Of a DNA stretch of 64,000 nucleotides, positions 38,401 through 53,400 are shown one piece after another. Location: positions 26,461,175 through 26,525,174 of the forward strand of contig NC_092677.1 of NCBI RefSeq assembly GCF_964355755.1, written 5' to 3'. A program made the position numbers and the translations under genes. The first letter of the stretch is position 1, and each line of letters starts with the position of its first letter. Origin of the DNA: Antedon mediterranea (taxonomy: Eukaryota > Animalia > Echinodermata). The notes beneath the pieces were generated by a model, which worked only from the letters and a program-made list of their open reading frames with translations, was not told where the DNA came from and searched no databases.

Positions 38401-41400
38401 ATTTTTTTACTGCAATATAATGTATGATTTTAGTTGATTTAGAAGTTTATGACGTGGTCACTGTGTATGATTACCGGAAAAAAAGCTTGATAGATAATAA
38501 TAAAATAATCTAAATATTAGACATTCGTTACTGCAGTAATTGCAGTAGAATATGTGATGTTCCCTTAATGTTATACACAACAAATGTTATTAAGCATTCA
38601 CAACCATTCTTTGAATGAAGTAGACCCTACAGTAAGACACACAAATCCAGTGTTATTATATTTTTTTTAATGTTTGTGTAAAAAAAAAAGACAAAATGTG
38701 ACGAAACATCTACTACAAGTGATATGAATACCAATGCTATGATAATTTGAAATACTGAGCATGCTTACAACGAAACAACGGTCTCCTTTGTGGCCCATCT
38801 AAAAATAGAAATTTACATACAAAAACAATGATTCCAATAACACACATAACATTGTGGTGATAAACAAATACTAATTCTAATGAGTGTAATATTAATTATT
38901 TTCTGACTGACAGTAGCATGGATTCTTTCACCACTAAACATACATTTTGCCAGTGGTATTATTCCCTAAAATCTAATACATTAAGCTCGGTCTACACTAT
39001 CAAATATGGTAGTGATATTCCCAAATATGGTAGTGATATGACATCATAATGTTCATATATGGGGCACATCACATTCTTTCACATAAAGTTTGATAGTGTA
39101 GACAAGACATCACAATATCACCAGTGAATTATTTTGTATAATTACTCCAAATTTAAGGGGTTTACACACATATCAGTACAGGTAATGTGACCTTGATTAA
39201 TTATTTGATGTAACTCACCTCCATCCAATTTAATACTGGTCCACAGTTTATCCGATCTCCTGCTATTTCCGAAAATCTGTTAAGATAATGTGCTAACATT
39301 GCTTTTACTGCCTGTAAAACAAAGATATCATTTCATGTCATTTTTGTAGTATTATAGAAAGAAACGCATTGAAATGGGTATCATGTACGGTATTGGTGTC
39401 GCACTACACAGAATGTGTGACGTAGTACGGAATGTTTGACCATACATATACCATATATATATATACATATATGCTAATTTAGTTGATTGCTAACAACACG
39501 ATTCCTAACGATACAACATCACTACTCCTGTGATTTCAAGTACTATGCGAGTATGAAAACGGGAAATCAATCAAGTGTAACAACTTGTTTAAACAATTTC
39601 TGCAGTGTAGAAAAGTTATTACTGTAGTAATGATTGATGTAGTCATGATTTATTTTAATACGGCGTATGTTGCGTGCACGACACATACGTTGCGTTCTAC
39701 ACTTCCCGTAGAGTCAAAATAAAAAAAGAACAAGTATGTTGTGCAACTCTGAACTACGCTACTATGTTTACATGCTCCTGCAAAAACTCCCTAGTAAAAT
39801 TTTCTTACATCTCTGTTTTCCGATAGTGCCTTTGCCTTCGGCAGCTCTGCCAACTGACTAAACCTTCTGTCGTAGATACATCTGTGAATCTGTTTATCTA
39901 GAACACGGAAGTCTTCGTAACATCTTTTAATCAGCCATGTTTTGTTTGTGGAACCGACTTGTACGGTGTACGGTACATCTAGGTGCGTAGCGCCCCCGTT
40001 CTGCTGCACAGCCGACGTCTCATCGTAGCTAGCATTGTCATCAAGAATAGTGAGCTACAAATAAATAAAAATATATGAAATAAGAATAAGAAATTAGTAA
40101 CTATTATCATCTGATCATCTCTGATTTTCTCTTCAACTCATGTCTTTTTAAAATTTGATTGTGTTTATGTTACTGTTAAGGAAGTAAAGGTTTTGTTTTT
40201 TAATTGCATGTCCTCAATCTTAATAAAGAGACAGAAATAACACCAAAAGCAGACACCCATCAATCCTGTAGCCGTTGTTCGTTTTCCACAAAAAAGGAAA
40301 AAAATCGACATGAGCAATTAGTATAGGCTTATATACAATCACATCTATTGCTAGAATAGTTTGAAAAGGGCTTCATGTAACAGGGGGTTCGTTCGTACCC
40401 TTGAAACCTCCCCCTGGCTACAGACATGCTTGTACTGGACCAAAAAGGCCTAGAAAGTCTAGACAGTATTGTAATTTAAATATATTGATATTAGTAATAG
40501 GGGACAAAAAAATGCTTTATCATCAAATTAATTCAAAGTTGCTAGATTTCATTATAATGTCAATATTATATATATCTAAGTTTATATTAATTCCATGCCA
40601 GCAGAAACATCATAATTGACAATATGTACATGAAGCCAATTAGTTGGAAACTTATTAACATAAATTGTGTCTGATGTATTTCCAGTTAATTAAGCTCTAC
40701 TGAATAATATCAGATTTTATCTAGATACAGTATATCCAATCACTATATTTCTGTCAAATAATAAATTGAAACAACAGAAAACAATGTGATATAAGCATAG
40801 CAATAGAAGAACCAATGAATGAAATGCAATAGTATGAAATGCAATAGTATGAAATGCAATAGTATGAAATGCAATAGTATGAAATGCAATAGTATGAAAT
40901 GCAATAGTATGAAATGCAATAGTATGAAATGCAATAGTATGTGGTGGAGGCAGCTAAACTGTGCTATTGAAAAGTTAAAAAAGATAGTTCTGACATTACA
41001 TGTGGTATTTACCAGGGACGTTGGCAAAATTAAGGGGTGGTACCACCAAATAAAGGAGTGAGAAAAATGTTAAGAGTAGACAAAACATACTCTGGACAAG
41101 CCTGTAAAAGGGTTCGTATGGTTCAAAAAACCTTCCTTTTTTCTTGAAGTGCTATACATGACCATCAGTGACCATCAGTGAAAGAAAATGAGCAGTAAAT
41201 AGGCCTAACGCATGACAATGTTGTGAAATTCCCTCCTATCCAGCAAGCAAATTATTTTCATCTACTACTACTGAAGGTAGGCCTAATTCTATCTTTTCTT
41301 CAGTTGCTACTAGGCTTGCATTTGCCCTTACTTTATGGAAAAAAGAACCTCCTGTAAAATCCTGACTAGAGGCTTGCTGGATGCTTCAGTTACAGTACAA

Positions 41401-44400
41401 CACAATAGGAATCTAATTGAAAGTGTCAAACTGCTATACATACTGCACCAACCATTACCAGAATACTTACAGTTATTGTTGTAACTTCCACATTGTCATA
41501 ATGGAAATGAGCACAGTCGTTTAATTTTGGAAATCTACTGCTCCCATCATGATACCTGAAACAAAAAAAAAACATTTATTTATTTATATCCATTTGTGTC
41601 TGTGTATTATTTGGTTCAGCAAAACAGTATTAATTTTCCAGTTTATTATATTCGGAACCAGATGAATTAAATCTAATTGAAATGATAGAGGTTCTAATGT
41701 GTATACCCTCTTAGGTAGCTCTACCACAAAAGCAATCCATTATCTGTTTGTCAGAGGCTTAAGTATGAACCCTGTTGTTTGCATCTCATTAAGATATGAA
41801 AACAGCTATTATTAAAGATAATTAGTATGTTGTCAGGAACCCTATCTATATCAGATCTATGGCCTCAATGAACATTTTTGGGCTAGTAAGCGAACTACTG
41901 TAGCTGTGTATACAAAATGACTGTGCACTCAAACATAACCTCCAAACTGTATTGGTTTAAAACAGGAAATAATTTCAGCAAACCAGGTATGTTACATTAC
42001 AAGGTAATCATACATAAAGTATTGTTTATCTGTGGATGTTAACAAACATTAACAAGGACAGCCAAGGTGGTGGTAATGCTGTAAAACAATGGAATACCAA
42101 GTAATTCTGCCCCATCCTTGAGTATATTAGCCTACCCAAATATAGTGATACAAAAGTAACCGATAGTACTTAATTCAAGTGGTCCTTATGTATTTGCCTA
42201 CCCCTAAACATCTACAGTACCCCCTAAACATCCACAGTACCCCCTAAACATCCACAGTACACCCTAAACATCCACAGTACACCCTAAACATCCACAGTAC
42301 ACCCTAAACATCCACAGTACACCCTAAACATCCACAGTACACCCTAAACATCCACAGTACCCCTTAAACATCTACAGTACCCCTTAAACATCTACAGTAC
42401 CCCTTAAACATCTACAGTACCCCTTAAACATCTACAGTACCCCTTAAACATCTACAGTACCCCTTAAACATCTACAGTACCCCCTAAACATCTATAGTAC
42501 CCCCTAAACCTCTATAGTACACCCTAAACATCCACAGTACCTCTTAAACATCCACAATACACCCTAAACTTCCACAGTACCTCTTAAACATCCACAATAC
42601 ACCCTAAACATCAACAGTACCCCCTAAACATCCACAGTTCGTTCGTTCGTTCGTTTTTATTTCACAATGCATCAAACTTAATATTTTTACATAATAAGTA
42701 TTAAATAAAAAAATGCAAAGCCTGGAAAAGACCAAATAAGCTCAATATAGAGCTTTAAGCCTGGTTTCACCAGTACAAAATACACTAATAATTGTATCAA
42801 TTACAATAGACAATAATTAAATATTAATTAAAGTAGTAGAAATAATATTATATATATATATATATATATATTTATTTTTATTTTTTTATACACAATTACG
42901 CTACAGGACAATACAAACACAACAAGAGGACAAACGTAAAGGGTATAGTATATGTACTATCATATATACTTGCAGGAGGTGAGACAAAAAAAAAAGTTTG
43001 ATGAAAAAGTTTTATTAATACGATCTGTATTGTGATAAAAGGAATTGTTTATATTTGGATTTGAATGTATTTAAGTTATTAGTATTTAGTAAGGATTGAC
43101 TTAAATTATTCCATACTAGAGGACCATGGTATTTGATAGAATTACATTTACAGTATCCCCTAAACATCTATAGTACCCCTAAACATCTACAGTACCCCTT
43201 AAACATACATTACCCCCTAATGTAGGTGTACAGTACCCTCTAAACATCTACTCAAAACATTTTACAAACCAATTTGACTATATTTATAACATTATGTATT
43301 AAGTTTGCCCTGTGTAGTAGGTTACAAATTGCGGCCATATTTCATTATCAATCAATGTTTGAAGGGGTTTTCCCCTTCAAACTGCTAAATAAATCCAAGA
43401 CATGATATAGCATTTATTTGTTTTAAAATAGAAAACTAGGATCACTTCTTTTCACGTGGCTGTACATTAGCTGATGACACATTTCTGTATCTAATCACAG
43501 GACTACTGTATGTTTCATTTTCATCACATACTTAAAAAGTACCTTATAATGGTTGAAAAATCATTAGTTATTTTTTGAAACTGGAAATTTTGGAGTTATT
43601 GAACATACAGTACGTCTATAACAAACAAATGTACTTCTATTCTATCGGAATAAATTTAAAATCTTTTTTCAAGATAGGCCTATATACTGTAAGCTCTAGA
43701 TAACCAAGACTGTTCCCAAATAGTATTTGGATGTAGTGAGGGATGTTGATTGTCCCCAGAACCACCAGCATCCTAGTGTGTACACAACTGTTTCCTACTC
43801 TGCTCTGTACTATCCTAGAGAGTTTTCACAGTACATATTATATATTTAAGTTTAGAAATTATAGTAGAATCCCTATTCAGGAGAAACCCCTACATGAAGG
43901 GACATTTTCCCATGAAACCGAGAAGCAATATGTTACCCTTCAGAGGATACACCTTTTATGCTACAGTGTGTCTACACTATCAAATTAGTTTCGACAAAAA
44001 AATGGTGATGTGCCCAAATATGGTAGTGATATGACATCATCATGTAGTCCATATATAGACACATCACATTTTTTTTGCACATAAATAAAGTTTGATAGTG
44101 TAGACAGAGCCTTAGTAGAGGGACTGTTTGATGGGTTCCACACTCGGTTCCACAGAGATTATATTATATAGAGATGTTACTGTATGTATTATAATACATG
44201 TAGAGAGAGATATAAAGTAGAGATGTTTACTGTATATTATTAATACTGTACATATCCATGGATATAAAGCAAGTTAAAAAGTCTATCCTTTGCTACCTGG
44301 TTATATAAAGTATTTCCTCATTGACATTCACAATGACAGTTACAAAAATTACACAGCTATCGAAATGAATGATAGTTTAGTAGATACCTATAAATCTATA

Positions 44401-47400
44401 TGTAACAATGCATATCATTGGATTTCAAAACAACAGCTGCTACAGAAACTCTAACCGGAAAGAATGTAAAATCTAGTCTATATATGATCCTGCTGTATAG
44501 TAATACTGTAGTTCCACCTTCAGTTATCAATCTAAAATTTAATTGTAAATCTATACTGTTATGTATCTGTACTCACTGTACTAGGCTACCTGTAAAGTTG
44601 TTAGTCTTACTGTAATAATAGCTATCTTTAATAATAATTATAAATCTAAAATTTAACTGTAAATCTATACTGTTATGTATCTGTACTCACTGTACTAGGC
44701 TACCTGTAAAGTTGTTAGTCTTACTGTAATAATAGCTATCTTTAATAATAATTATAAATCTAAAATTTAACTGTAAATCTATACTGTTATGTTACTATAC
44801 TCACTGTACTAGGCTACCTGTAAAGTTGTTTATACTGTAATAATAGTTATCTTTATCTAAAATTTAATTGTAAATCTACTGTTACCTACAATACTGTATG
44901 ACATACAGTGTCACGTATACAGTATGAAAAATAAACTAGCATTGTGAATTATATGGCAGTAAACTCTGATCTTAACAAAAATTATGTCGATATTTACAAA
45001 TTATATTCCAGTATGAAATGAACATTTTTTTTCCTTTATCCATTTAAAAATCCGGTGAAATATCAACATTCCAATTATGTACACGTCTGTAAAATATTCT
45101 TATATTCTTTGTACACTATATTCAATGGAATATGTAATTTTTGTAATACTACAGTATTTAGTTTAAAATTCTGGTAAAGGATTTATTTTTAAAAGGAAAA
45201 AACAACCAATGTACAGTACAGTCTACAAATAAAAATATCCCAGAATCCTATATACAGTTACTCAATACTAATATACTGTACTAAAAATAACGTTAACATT
45301 TCAAAAGAAAGAATTGCTATACAAAGGTAAAAAAATACATACAAAGTATCGATATCCACACAGGAAGAAAAACACAGATCATAAGTAAGTTCCAATTCAC
45401 ATTCAGAATCTTCCGATTCAGAGCTAGAAGATGGGCTAGGCAGGACAGGCCCACCAGCCACTAAATGAACCTCTTCCATCTTTTTAATGCATACCACTTC
45501 CTTACGGATCTCAGCTTGTGAGCTGGGTATCCCAACAAAAGCTACCACTTCCTCTCGTAGCAGCAAATAGTAAGGTCAAATAGATGATGGGATGTTTGTA
45601 AATTAGTAATTTACGGTACAGATGTGTTTATGACATAGCATTTGTCTATTATAATAGTAAGTACTGTACTGTCTTGCTACTGCCATTGCTTACACATGAT
45701 TTTATATTTGTTTTATGGCATCATCAGAACATATGGTGTACACAGACTGACAACCATATTGAATTTTGAAAAAAATAACAAATAAAATTTCTGATCTAAA
45801 TTACAGCACTATCAAAATATGACAACAATTGTAAAATTCGACTTAATCTAATTTGTTAATAGTTTCTTATTATTAGATACAATTTTTTTTTAGTTTAAGA
45901 CAACTAGCAACTGACTGAAGCTCTGTATAGTGTTACACCTAGCGACAAAATTTAGTAAAACAAGCAATAGTTACCCACATAAAATCATTTCAGATAAAAG
46001 TACTCTATATGACTGAGCTAAAAATCCTACACGGCTTATATCCAGTGCCAAAAAGGTAGTCATAATCAACACACTTCATCGCCAGGTACATCAGTACCGT
46101 AAGTACTTACCCTGTCATTTTCTTAAGTCTGAAGCTAGCCTGCGTTTTTTTATTCCGTGTTAATCCGGTACCACCACCACCATCATTGTCTAGTTCCAGA
46201 TGGGTTAAGGGAACCTATTAAAAAAAAAAATAACAGATTTTTTGAAAAATGATAAAGTGATAAAAAGATATTTTAAATTTAAGATTCATTCCTGGTATAT
46301 GAAAGCATAATTTAGATTTAATGACTAATAAAAATGTTCTGATACACTTAACTTGAGTGTTTGTCTTAATTTGATAAGTATAAACTTATAAAGTTATAGT
46401 CTATTTGGCAATTCTGAAGAACAATATATTTCACAGTACTTACTAAAACAACAAGTCATAAGGTATGCTAGGGTCTCACATGGGTACAGTAAAGTTCAAA
46501 TACCAAGGAAACAAAAGGGAAAATAATTTCATGTTGACATATCTACGCATGACAAAACATTGGTTAAAAAAAACAACCAACATTGCATGATTTAAACTTT
46601 ATTTTTTATCAAACTAGAGTTCTATCTAGTTAGCCAGTATAAGAAAAATGATATCGTATATTAAACCAACCATTAAGCTCTGTCTACACTATCAAATTAG
46701 TTTGACAAAAATGATGTACCCAAATATGGTAGAGATATGCCCAAACATGATAGTGATATGACATCATCATGTCCATATATGGGCACATCACATTTTTTGT
46801 CACATAGTAAAGTTTGATGGTGGTGTAGACTTTATAGAAATAAGAAGATGTAACATATTTCAAAAACTTACTTTTAACAGCCAATTTATTTTACAATAAT
46901 CAATTTTTGTGTTTATAAATTCACAAAATATCTTGCTCAATCAAAGTAAAATCCGTAGAAGATTCAACCAGAAATTAATATTATTTCAAATAACGTCAGA
47001 AACACAAAATCTCAATGCAAGTGATACTAATTGACAATAGTGGAATGATAAACAATATAATTTCCTAATAGAGTATCAGACCTTTATATGAAAAAATGAG
47101 CTCATCGACTAATTATATATTGCTGACTATAGATCCATATGTTAAATATAAACACATTAAACCAATCTGTGAAACCACCACTACATTACATCCAGGGTAT
47201 TGCTACTGTATGCACAATTCCAGCAATACAAAAATCAGAGCTATTAATAATCAGTAGAAAAAAAAAACAATGCGTAACACTGTATTAATAATCCTCATTG
47301 ACAAATAGCAAAACAGTGACTATCATCTACTTCAACAAAATGACAACATTAAACTATTGATATTAATAGCTCACATATATTCTTCCTTTTATACTCCAAG

Positions 47401-50400
47401 TATCAATGTTGATATCAGTTAATAACACCAGATAAAAGCTGGTATTATTGGCGTACAGACAGCACCAGACTGAGCGCTTGACGCCTATACCAGACTCCTA
47501 GGAACCTCGCCAAAACCTCTCACCGTAACTATTGTGTGAACTCAATCTGTGCACACATTGTTTTCAGGCCGTCTGATTACACACTGTATAGTTCTTTTCC
47601 AGTTAAAGTGTTTTTCTTTCACAAGTAATTTACTGGATGATGTGGAATTGGTTAACTGGGACAAACTAAAGGTATATAGACACCAAGTTTGTGCTCACTG
47701 ATGCGATAAAAAGAACAATACCCTGCTGACAATAGTAGCCAATACGTGGTATGTGTACACAACAACTAATAGAATACACTTATACCCCTCCTGTGTAATA
47801 GAACAGCCTATTATAATAGTTTTGATATTTGGCAACAGTGGATTTAGCAGGGAAAACCCCTGTACAGTTAAGGGGACACTTTGCTGTGAAAGGAACTAGG
47901 GACAACATGCTTTAACACTATGGAACCTCTATTGAGAGGACACCCCTATAAAGGGAACACTTTCCTGTGAAAGGAACTAGGGACAACATGCTTTAACATT
48001 ATGGAAACCTCTATTAAGAGGACACCCCTATAAAGGGGATCCACTTTCCTGTGAAAGGAACTAGGGACAACATGCTTTAACACTATGGAAACCTCTATTA
48101 AGAGGACACCCCTATAAAGGGGACACTTTCCTGTGAAAGGAACTAGGGACAACATGCTTTCACACTATGGAAACCTCTATTAAGAGGACACCCCTATAAA
48201 GGGGACACTTTTCTGTGACAAAAACAAGGGCTAATATGTTTTAACACTATGGAACCTCTATAATAAGAGGACACTCCTATAAAGGGGACACTTTCCTGTG
48301 AAAGGAACTAGGGACAACATGCTTTAACACTATGGAACCTCTATTAAGAGGACACCCCTATAAAGGGAACACTTTCCTGTGAAAGGAACTAGGGACAACA
48401 TGCTTTAACACTATGGAACCTCTATTAAGAGGACACCCCTATAAAGGGGACACTTTCCTGTGAAAGGAACTAGGGATAACATGCTTTAACACTATGGAAA
48501 CCTCTATTAAGAGGACACCCCTATATATAAAGGGGACACATAGCTACATATCAAGCTATTTATAACAATTGAAAATTTACTATATAGAGAAATTAGAGGG
48601 ATAACCATCAATTACAAATTACACAAACCAGAAATGGTGTTGGTAGTCTATAAGTGCTGCTTACCTGGATAAACCCGACAATAGCCCTTTTCCACGAAGT
48701 GCGAAACAAATACGAAAAGAAGAATTCTACCCGAATTCACCTCATAAAGAATGGTACATTCCGCTCTAGCGCCCTCTCGTGGGACCACTCCCACGTGTTA
48801 CCGTCATCATTTCTTTTCGTACTGTCACGAAGACAAGACGAAGTTTGAGCGTTGCAATACGTCACAAACGAGGGAGAAATACAACCTTATCTGAAGCTAG
48901 CCGAGGCTAAGTTGACCTATTGATATACTATTTATATCTATTAGTATACATTGATTATTGATACGTTGGAAACCGTTGCCCTGTTTGGTTAATCTAACAG
49001 GGCAAAAATACCGTTAGACTAGAGAACTAGTTGTTGGATACGTTGCAAATCGTTGCCTCGTCTACGCACGAGGCAAAAATTTTTTCACATACCGGGACTG
49101 TTCACCGGCTTTGTGTAGCATTTATTAGAATCAGTCAGGCGTATCCTCTGTTACATAGTACGTTAGATACTCTGTTAGGGTGTGTTTGTGTGCTTTGTTT
49201 AGGCGTTCTTCGTCATCATGCCAAAACAAGAATGCATCCAGTGCAGGGGCCCACGAGCAACACTTAAGTGGGACCGCCACATGCGGTGCGTTAGCTGCCG
49301 CACGTGCAGCCAGTCAGACCCGTGCGAAGTTTGCGTACGCTGGACGCCTGCTAAATTCGCATCGCTTCCACGTCCCGCGGGACGTGTTATTGAACAGAAA
49401 GCAGTTGCTATCGCACCTCAGGAGGAAGGCGCAACTGCAATGGACGTTCCGGCTGAGAACGTACCACGCGAGGAGGTGCCTGTTGTACTCGCAGCTCCCG
49501 CGCATGAGCCAGAGGCGGGTTCCGCGCCTGTTCCCGCTGCGGATACTGAGCTATCTCCAGCGGTTATTCAAGCCATCGCGGCAGCGGTGAGGGCTGCTCC
49601 ACGGGACGAGCCCGCGGTGTTCCCTCAACCACGCCCTCCATATATTCCATATATTCCGGTGCCTCCACCTCAGACGCCACTGTCGTATTCTGAGGGACCC
49701 TCAATGGAGGAGGGATACACGAGCGACCGTACTATGCTCACGATCTCCGATGAGGAGAGAGCCGCGCAGTTGCGGAGGCCCGGCGAGGAGGGGCTACAGG
49801 CGCTGGTTAATAAGATTCTTCCGGCGGTATTGGAATATCTAGGCATCGAATACGCTTTTCGCGAACCGAAGCCAACCCCATCTACAAAGCGTTTCTCGAC
49901 GTTTGGGGTACGTACGCCTCTCCGTAAGGTTACAACGTGCCCAGTCGTTCCTCTCGACCCGGAGCTGGTCGACCGCGTGGACGCTATCGCGCGCGAGACC
50001 AGTACGCGTAGACCGGCGCCGAACATTCTTTCATGCGCTTTTCCGGTACCTAGAGCTCAATTCGATAGGTACATTGTTGCGCCAGGCGTGCCTGATGCCG
50101 CCAAGGACCGGGTTCGGGAGGACCAAGGATTAGAAGCGGGAAAGACTACTTACCTTGCTCCGACGGCCGCGAAGACAGAAGATACGCTCCTCACGATCGA
50201 TAGAGCGGCCCGCGAGACACTTCGAGTAACATCCGTCTCCGGCTACTTGCTGTCGTTTTTGGCCGATCCGGACCACCCGCGGGAGTTCGATACAGAGGTC
50301 ATTGCGCTGCTGCAACAGATCACGGGGCTAATTGCCGACCAGCAGGCGTTTGTATCTTTAACTTCTGCCGCCGCGCGTCGTGTCAACGTACTACAAAGTA

Positions 50401-53400
50401 CTGATATCGCGCCAGCGCATTATCGCAGGTTCACGGCTTCTGAGTCCCTCGGGGCTAAGGACTTGTTTTTTGGTAGTTTCGCCCAAAAAGAGGACAAATG
50501 GGCGCGCGAGAGGGAGGCCCGTCGGGAAACGCGCGCTCGTTTCCCACAGAAGCGCCGGGCTAGCCGCGGCCGCTCGGGTCCGTCCAGGCCACCTCCCCCT
50601 CTCCCAGCTCCGGTACCGCCGCAGTCGCGACCGCAGCCGTCGAATGTCCTACCGGCGCGGCCTGATACGCAGGCTTCTACATCTCGCGCGCGCACCCCAT
50701 ACGGCAACAACAGCTACCGATATGGCCGGACTGCACGAGGCAGGGCCGGACGGTCTGACGCTACCCAAAAAAGTGGTAGGCGTCCGGGTGCGTTTGCGCG
50801 CCGCCGGTGACGCGTTCGATGCGCCCGTCCCCCCGAGCGACGGGCAGGTGGGGGGTCGCCTAAAACGGTTCGCCCGAGTGTGGGAGACCCTGTCGGAGGA
50901 CAGGTGGGTTCTCTCCACAATCAAAAACGGCTATTCCATCGAATTCACGAGCCCCCCGATGAGCGGGGGCGCTCGGTCGACGAGGATTCCTCCAGAGCCA
51001 CACATGAGACGTGCGCTCCTGGACGGCCTCTCCACCCTGCTCCAAAAAGGAGCAGTGGAGGAAATCGACGCTCGATGTACCGTCTCCGGGCACGAGTCCA
51101 CCGTCTTCTTGACAGAAAAAAAGACAGGCGACTGGCGACCCATCCTAAATTTAAGGAGTCTAAACAAGCGGTTCATTCACCCCCAGAGGTTTCGGATGGA
51201 GACAATCTCATCCATCCTACTGGGTTTAAAACATGGAGACTGGGCAGCCTCGATAGACCTGAAAGATGCTTACTTTCACGTTCCTATCGCAGAGGCAGAT
51301 CAACGTTGGCTACGTTTCAGAATCCTCGACCGTCTGTACCAATTCGTCGCCCTGCCGTTCGGCCTATCGACGGCTCCGCGCGTGTTTACACGCATAGTCA
51401 GAACGCTGGCGTCGTTCTTCCACAAACATGGCATAAGAGTGTTCATGTACCTCGACGATTGGTTGGTCGTGGCCCAGTCCAAGGACAGACTGATGAGCAG
51501 TCTACAATATGTCCTTCTCGTGACGGAACAGGCAGGTTTCATTGTCAATCGGGAGAAGTCGTGCCTGGTGCCGACACAATCTCCGTTATACCTCGGAGCA
51601 CAGATATATCTCGTTACGGGCTTGGCATCTCCATCCCAACAACGCATCGCGTCTGCAATGAGTGCAGTACGCAATCTAATATCTGCTCATGCTCCGACGG
51701 CTTACGAATGGCTCAGAGCACTGGGTTGTCTGGCCAGCTTCGTTGCCTTAGTTCCGTATTGCCGGCTGCGTATGAGACCTTTACAGCTGCATCTGCTGGC
51801 TCATTACCGACCGCACTTAGACTCCCTACACAAAGTGGTCCTGTCGAATACATTCATTCAGACGCATCTCGAATGGTGGCTGGTGGAAGGCAGGTTGACT
51901 GTGGGAATGCCAATTCAAAAATCTCTGCCGGACGTCCGTATAGAGACGGACGCTTCCGAGACAGGCTGGGGCGGTTGCTCCAAGGCACTTCGCGCCTCCG
52001 GCCTTTGGACGGCCGAGGAGGCGCGATCCCACATCAACCTCCTAGAACTCTGGGCAGTCGAAAGGACCTTGAAGGCCCTTCGACATCACGTGGCCGGTCG
52101 TCACGTCCTTATCCATTCCGACAACTCAACAGTGGTAGCATATATAAATCGTCAAGGAGGCACGAAGTCCCCGACGTTATGCTACCACCTGTGGACACTG
52201 ATGTTGTGGTGCATAGACAACAACATCATGCTCTCGGCTGCCCACATTGCGGGCAGCCTCAATGTTGTTGCGGACGCTTTGTCCCGACAAACACTATGTC
52301 CTACGGAATGGCGCCTTCTACCCAGCATCGCCGCACTGATATTCGACCACTTCGGGCGGCCTCACATAGATCTGTTTGCGACGTCAGACAACACGCAGCT
52401 CCCGACCTTTTGCACACGGTTCCGGGATGCACGTGCGTGGGCGGTGGATGCCCTGTCCATACATTGGGACGGACTATGGGCGTATGCATTCCCACCAATA
52501 TCACTGATTCCAAATGTTCTGACGCGCATTCAGCGCCATCCTTGCCGGGTCCTCCTGATCGCCCCGGGTTGGGCTCGACAAGCGTGGTATCCACTGCTTC
52601 TCGACCTGCTCTACGATCATCCCCTGCGTCTTCCAGATCGCGAGGATCTGCTGACGCAGGGCCGAGCTCTGTTCCCATTGCGGAACTTACAATCCCTGCG
52701 CCTGATTGTATGGCCATTGTCAGGGATCAGCTCCGAGACTCAGGCATTCCAGATGGCCCTGCCGCCCTCGCGGCGAAATCTCGTCGGGAATCTACTCTTA
52801 CCGTCTACAATAGCCGACTAAAACATTTCTTTACATGGTGCAGGCGACAACAGGTAGAGCCGGGGTCGATCACCCTCGGACAAGTTTGCGCCTTCCTGCA
52901 TTACCTGTTCGAGTCAGGTCTTCAGGTCCGCACCATTTCGGGCTATAGATCCGCCATTGGCGCGATCACGCCAACACTTAAAGACGGTTCCTCTATATCG
53001 GCATCTCCCGTTATCACTCAACTGATACGGGGAATGTTCAGAGAACGACCTCCAGTCAAGGTCTTGATTCCTCGATGGGATGTTAACGTCGTCCTAGCCG
53101 CACTTACACGCCCGCCATTTGAGCCTATGAGTAAGGCTACTCTGTATAATGTCTCGCTGAAAACGGCGTTCTTGCTCGCTTTAGCATCATGCAAACGCCG
53201 AGGCGAGTTGCACGCTCTCTCCTTGGAACCAGGTCATGTTAGGTTTGAGCGGGCCGGCGTGAGGCTAGTGTTTAGGAAAGATTTCCTTGCCAAGACACAG
53301 ACGTTAAAATTTTCGCCGCCTGCTGTGTTCGTTCCCACCATCACATCTTTTTCATCGGCAGACGGAGATAAGCTTTGGTGCCCAGTCAGGGCTCTTAAGT

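Noticed and set aside
50880-52821. ~1.9-kb dual-frame overlap of pol and YR, and a methyltransferase-like domain
   Set aside because: Normal, described features of DIRS1-group elements; not novel.
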